NCBI GenBank assembly: GCA_037447605.1
Contig: CM074810.1
Coordinates: forward strand, 3,816,880-3,880,879
Direction: 5' to 3'
Source: Zygnema circumcarinatum SAG 698-1b
Taxonomy: Eukaryota; Plantae; Zygnematophyceae
Length of the DNA: 64,000 bases
The translations under genes were made by a program, and so were the position numbers. Under the pieces are notes generated by a model. It ran no database searches. It saw only the letters and a list, made by a program, of their open reading frames with translations, and was not told the origin of the DNA. This document shows, in pieces, positions 58,064 to 64,000 of this stretch (its first letter is position 1; every line of letters starts with the position of its first letter).

Positions 58064-59471
58064 GGTCGAGAGTTAGGGAGAGAGGAAGGGGGAAGAGCGG
58101 GGAAAGTGGAGTGTTGGAGAGAAGGGGGAAGGGATAGAGATAGATGAAGAAGGGGATAGACACGGAGGCGAAAAGTGGGGTGGCGGGGAGGACGAGATTG
58201 CAGTGTGGAGGGGAGGAAGAGACGGAGGAGAGAAGAGGCGGAGAGGTGGAGGGAAAGGGAGAGAAGTGAGAACTGTTTTATCGCTGAACGCTAAGAACAC
58301 GGTAGAGATCTGTGCGATCGAAACCCTAAAAGGCCGTACGTGCAAGGACAACCTTCCCGTCGTTTCACGCTTCGTCCCTGCTCTCCCTCTCCGTCTCTCC
58401 TCTCATTCCTCTCCCATCTTCTCGCTTCTCTGGGGAATCCCACACTAACGCAGTGCCGTATTCCAAATAGTTTTGGCGTCGACAGGTGCCGCAAATGCCG
58501 CTCCTACGCGCTACAGCAACTTCATGATCTCTTCCATTCGCAGAAAAAATGCATGCAGAACTGAAGCTACAGACTGAATTCTATTTGTGGAAGGTGTTGA
58601 AAAGAACTACGGCCAGGGCATGGAACCCCAAACTTCTGACTCCATTTTAAGCGGCTTCTGTCGGCTTCTGGTTGCGGGCCAGTCGGGGCTTTCATGAAGC
58701 TGACGGAGTGGAAAGAGAATTATGATGTCACCATTTGATGCTCGATTGTTTCCGCACATTCAACACCGTATTGAGGTCGAGAAGCAGTGCTGCAGTCTTC
58801 CAACTACATTGAACCTGCAGTGTGCCCATTAAATGTTTTTTTCAAACAGCTACGCATTCATTTGCTTGCTTCTCCTCACCGCCATTATTTTATCTTTTGT
58901 ATTCATCTGCGTATATTCATGGTGTCCGACCAGTTGTCAGGATTCACACTTTCTCGCCACGGACCTTTTCAAAGGTCGCCAAGATCGACTTCATAAGAAA
59001 ACGAAAGAGTAAAAGTATCTCTTGGCATTAAGAGAAGGAAGGTTGTTATTTTTTTCAATGCAATTCAAGCTTTCAGGACCTGCCGCATAGATCAATCTCA
59101 GGATTGTGAAGCAGTTGCATCGTCACCTTCACGAGTCTATAAAAACTCAAACTTAGAAACGCCACAAAAAAATTGGTTGACAGAAGTTGCTTTTTTTCAG
59201 AAATGCAATTCTGTCCTCCTCTTCATTTCTCCTTTTACGACGTTTACGCACGCAGTCACTCGCAAAGGGCGAGTCGCATAATAATACAAATCCATCGGGA
59301 AAAATTGGTCCCAAAAAAATCGTACAGACATAGCACAGCTTGTCCTGCCCTCCCTTCAATGCCAGTTAGGGACTGTTGTGCTTTATTGACATCAGTTCCG
59401 AGACTGGAAATAATAAAATGGCCAAACCCTAATCCCCGCATCCTCTTTACAATTGAAACGTGCCCATGTCC

Positions 59472-61699
59472 CTACGCCGCCTCAACATTGACGGCTTTGC
59501 TGGGGCCGTACACCAGTCTGCAGCGGTTTTCAAAGGCGTGGACCAATCGAGAGACAACTTCATCAAAAAACATGTTCGCCGCCTGCAGCACCCAAATGTA
59601 AAAACTTTACAAACTTTATAAAAAGGATCGCCTTGGAGGAACAGCCAACAAGTCATCATTAGTTTGCTCACGAATAAGCTCACGCAATAAAGTTCCGCAG
59701 CACTCACCCCGCGATACAAAGCCGATCGGAACTGAAAGGAAACAGAGAAGTGCAAACTGGTGGAATGAGGAACCGGGCCCGGTTGAAACTCCCACGAATT
59801 GTCCAAATAATCAAACAACATGCTCCGGGAAACAGTCGTCTGATGCCACCCCGCAATACAGAGCACGTCCCTCCTGGTGAGTAATGAAAAATGGCGAATC
59901 GAACATTATTCGAAACCAATAAAAGGGAAACTCGTAGAAATGTGGGGAGGATTCTATTTTAGTATATGGTCTATGAATGGTAGAATTGCATCAAAAGTAT
60001 AGCAAGAAAAGTACATGAAGTGAAGAGCCCAGTAGATGGAGCAAAGGAGGGTCAACCATTAGTATTCAGCAATACGCAGGCTTCATAGTGAGCCCCCCTG
60101 TTTTGTCGTACAGAAAGCAGAAAGCTTTCAAACCCAAATCCCAACGCAATAGCCTAACTGTATTTCACTTAACTCACAAGCAACAGTTCTAAAAAAAGAA
60201 AAACAAAGAAGATCCTCAAGTTATTCTTGTTCCCCAATTGCCTTACCAGGAGTCCTGCCGACAGCCAATAATGACAAAATCTCGGGGAGTGGGGTGGGGG
60301 GGGAGGGGGATTGGGGACGACGAAAGGAGGGACAAAGAGACCCAGACGAGACAAAAGGCTGAAAGGGGGGCGAGAGAGACAGAGAGGTGAAGAGAGGGAG
60401 GGGGATGGGGGGAGAGGAAAAGAGAGAGAGGGAGAGAGAGAGAGAGGGGGAGGGGGGGGGGAGACCTTGACAAAGTAAGGACGCTTCATGTGGACGTGTG
60501 AGAGGTAGCGTTCGTTAAAGAGACGGAAGCCAATTTCGAGCTCCGCCTCCATCTCCTGCGCACTGCGGCGCAGCACAACGGAGCGGCGGCACCACGGCAC
60601 GAAGTCCTCGTACAGGTCCACCGCTGCCACCACATCAAAAAGCTGCTCCGGGGAGTACCTGCCCTCACAGGGCAAGAAAGAGGTTTCAAGAGAAAGCTCT
60701 TTAGTTTGCTTCGCTCCTCCTCTTTCTCCTCCTCCCTCCTTCCCCACACACCCCCCCCCACCGTGGTTCTCCCCCTCTCGCTTGTCTATGTCCCTGCTCC
60801 CAATCCCATAGCCCCCCCTTTCGCCGACCTTCCCCCTCCCCACTCTTCCACTCTCTCCCACTCCGTCACTAGCTCTCCATCATTTTCTTCTCTCTCCCTG
60901 CTCCCAATTTCCGCACTCCACTTCCGCCGTCTTTCCCCACTCCCTTCTCCTTCTCTCGCGCCCCCCTCTCTCTCTCTCCCCCCATTTTGCTTTCTCTCTT
61001 TCCCTGCTCCCAATTTCCACACCTCCCCCCTTCTCGACCCTCCTCCACACTGTCTCTCCCGCTCTCGCTTTGCCTCTCTCGCGTCAGCTACCCCATCCCA
61101 CCTTTCTTCGGCGGCTCTCCACCTCTTTCACTGTCTCTCTCATGCGGGCTGCACTCTATTCATAATCAATTCCCTCTACACCCTACCTGGCCTCTCTCTC
61201 GTCTTCTCTCTCTCTCCCTCTTTCACCCGATGACGAGAACAAAATTTAAATTCTCTTTAAAAAAAAGAAAAAACAAGTAATTACAACGAGCCGAGCAGCA
61301 TTTCTGTCGGAGGCTCTCTCACCCTATCACGCGCCTCTCCTCGTGCTGCCGAGAAACTCCCCTCTCTTCCTCTCCGTCTCCCACCCCAAAGAAGCTTCGC
61401 TTCAGCTGCGAGCAGCACCCCAGCTCCCTCCCCTGCAGGGAGGGAGGGCTCCAGGCGGAGGAGGGGGAGGAGGGGCAGGGGGGAGAAGAGCGGAAAAAGG
61501 GAGAGGAGGCAAAGGAGGGAGAGGATATGCAAAGTTCTGATTGGGAGGGGGAAGAAGAGGGCGGCGTCGTCCATAGCCCCTCTCCCTCCGCGCCCGCATG
61601 AGAGAGAGGAGAGGCGAGGGAGACAGGCAGAGCGACCTGCGGAGAGCGACGGCCTATCAGGAGCAGCCCTAGGCCTGCTGTGGGGGGGATTCTCCGCAT
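59472..61699 (-). CDS. COQ10: Mitochondrial coenzyme Q-binding START-domain protein
   Basis: Four exons: ...KRSFFGVGDGEEERGVSRQHEERRVIG | YSPEQLFDVVAAVDLYEDFVPWCRRS...EAELEIGF | LFDYLDNSWEFQPGP | AANMFFDEVVSRLVHAFENRCRLVYGP. Stop TAG at 59472. Confidence 0.93.
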
Positions 61700-61776
61700 G
61701 GGATGCCACGTGGCGCTTCAACAGCAGCCGGCCAGTTAGAGCTGGTGAGGGAGGGGGGTCGATGGCAGGCGAGAGC

Positions 61777-61814
<38 letters not shown>

Positions 61815-62039
61815 GGAGAGGCGAGGCGACGTGCAGCAGGAGACGGATCCGGCTGTGGCCCTCTGCATGTCCATGTTTGTTACACGCTGTTCGGGTTAAA
61901 GCCATTCTTTCCCGTCCTGTTGCCAGTTCAGCATAAGCAGTTGCCAGCCCTCCCCGGCATAGAACTGCCTTCCGTCCACCCTCAAATTCCATTCTTTCCA
62001 TTTTACACATAGACAGCCTCAGTTCTACAGCGCTGGACC

Positions 62040-62420
62040 AGCCCGTACATAGCGTACGGACACGTTTGGCATTTGGTACGGTACGGATACTCTTGTACCT
62101 GGTTGTACCTTTGCAAGGTTGACTGCGGTAACGGTTTCGGTACCGTACAGTTTTTCCCCGACTTCCTTACGGACCGGTGCGAGGTACTGCCTCTAGACTG
62201 CGTATGCCACGTCAGGCGGACGGCTTCGGGGGACCACCTTATCCTGAAGCAGTACTGGTGGCCCCTCGAGGAAGATGAGAGCCTGGTACGGCTTCCGCGA
62301 AAAGGCTGCGCTCGTTGACAGGGGCCGCCTTGCGGAGTACTGTTTGCGGACTGCGCGAGGCAGAAGGGTGGCGCACCCGCCACGTGGCGCCTCTCGCACT
62401 TGCGACGTGCCACGTGGCAC
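62040..62420. promoter_or_regulatory. COQ10/PDK bidirectional promoter core: 12 GTAC cores followed by two GCCACGTGGC palindromes (62379, 62409)
   Basis: Counted directly from the sequence. Confidence 0.55.
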
Positions 62421-62988
62421 TCGCCCCGCCGCTCCCCGCCCGCCGCCACGCGTCGGGCCGCGGGCCGTCCCTTCGCCCCTCCGCCGCCGCTGCAGCAGGC
62501 GCCATGGCGGCACGGCGCTGAGGGAGGAGCCTGCCCGCCCCCCGCGGCTTCACTTCCCCCCCCCCCAACTCTCTTTCTTTCTCACTCTCTCTCTCCCCCT
62601 CCCCCCCCCTCCCCCCCCCTCCCGCTCTCTCTCTCTCTCTTCTGCGCTCTCTCTATCCCCGGCCCTCCCTCTTTCTGGATAGTGATCGCTTTCTCTCCTC
62701 CTGAGAATCTGTCGCTCGCTCTCCGCAGGCGCCTCGTGTGAGAGGGGAGCGCTCGTCTGCGGCGGGAGAGGGAGAGAGAGGCTCTCCCTCTCGCGCCTAC
62801 TCCCGAGGAAGCTGCCAGAGCTCCATAATGGCTGCGGCCTGTGAGGCAGGGGGGGCAAGTGGAAGCTGCAGCAAGGAGAGAGGAAGGCTTAGATAGGGGA
62901 GGAGAAAGAAAGAGAGTGGGTGGGAGAGAGGAGTGAGAGAGAGAGAAAGTGAGAAAGGGAGGGAGGGAGGGAGAGCGAGGAGGTTGCC

Positions 62989-63926
62989 ATGGCGGCAGCG
63001 GTAGCGCGGCCTGCGTCTCGGCGGCTGGCAGAAATAGTGCCCTCCAACGTGGTTGCAGATGTGGGTCCCCTCTCCTTTGCTGTCGCTTCCTCGACCTGCC
63101 ATGTGGCGAGCTCTGCTACTTACACGTGGCAGTGCGGGGGTGCAGATTTATCGCTATTCGTTCAAGAAGCAGACAGGTGTCAGCCTCAAGGTGAGCGGCG
63201 GTACCTGCGCGTTATTTAGGGTCAGAGTGGGCGAAAAAATTGCTTCTCAAATGTAGTTAACATTTGCTTGTTCTGCTCTGCACTTCATCGCAAGGTTAAG
63301 GGGGCAATGAAAGTTAAGATTAGGGAAGTTAGGGTTATTGAATGTCATGGTCAGAGGAAAGCGGGGCTCGACGGAGTAAAGGGAAGGGGTGCGAGAGAGA
63401 GGGGACATAGGGACGGAGAGGGTGAAGAGAGAGGACGAGGGAGAGCTAATAAAAGTGAAATTAACATCCTTTTGGGACCCTTTATCTTGGGGGGGGCGAC
63501 GCAGTATATGATGGCCCACGGCGCTTATCCCACCGAGCGAAACCTTTTACTTTCTGCGCAATTTTTGCAGCATGAATTGCCTGTTCGGCTCGCTCACAGG
63601 GTCACAGAGCTCGAAAATTTACCGTACGGACTTTCAACAAAGTCGCCTGTACTGAAGGTGTGGGCTCAATGCACCTCGCTGACTGCAGCTTTAATTACTT
63701 TTCGTTAGCCGGTTGCTTTACTTAATGATAGTTTCAGTCAGCTTATACAGAGGTCAAGGATGAAACTGATTCCAAGGGTCTATGGGTTTGTCAGGTTCGG
63801 GATTGGTATGTCGACTCTTTTAAGGATATTCGGAGCTTTCCAGAGATCCGTGGCAGCCCTGACGAGCTGCGGTTCACTGAACTCATTCATCAGATAAAAA
63901 TGCGGCACAATAATGTCATGCCCACG
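62989..63926 (+). CDS. PDK: Mitochondrial pyruvate dehydrogenase kinase, 5' part. Exons 62989-63060, 63146-63190, 63505-63657, 63795-63926; continues beyond the right edge.
   Basis: KQTGVSLK | YMMAHG...SAQFLQHELPVRLAHRVTELENLPYGLS | VRDWYVDSFKDIRSFPEI...IKMRHNNVMPT, with GT-AG junctions in frame. Confidence 0.95.
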
Positions 63927-64000
63927 GTGCGAATCAACACACGGAAACCCTAAGTAACAGAAGAAGGAGAAGAAAGTAGTAGAGAGAAGAAGGAATGGGA

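Overview
Eukaryotic, intron-rich, plant-lineage nuclear DNA. The plant-type proteins, telo-box-like motifs and introns filled with CT/GA tracts suggest a streptophyte alga; this is inference only. Seven protein genes are well supported: a plastid-type ClpB (minus, runs off the left edge), a full-length ABCB/PGP transporter (plus), a plant-type VPS13 broken by an assembly gap (minus), a secreted type-B (cholinesterase-like) carboxylesterase (minus), the Rab5 GEF VPS9 (minus), COQ10 (minus) and pyruvate dehydrogenase kinase (plus, runs off the right edge). The longest entries in the ORF track are microsatellite artefacts. The most striking non-gene signal is a recurring upstream pattern. A perfect GCCACGTGGC G-box palindrome occurs 8 times, always near gene starts, and dense GTAC/CCGTAC islands lie further upstream. 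One island coincides with a TA-flanked Tc1/mariner-like MITE. Two GTAC islands have no recognisable gene: one precedes two small hydrophobic ORFs (22.5-23.1 kb), the other a TATA box and a long imperfect hairpin (47.2-47.9 kb). There is also a decayed ClpB exon fragment at 21.1 kb. No CRISPR array, rRNA or intact tRNA was found.
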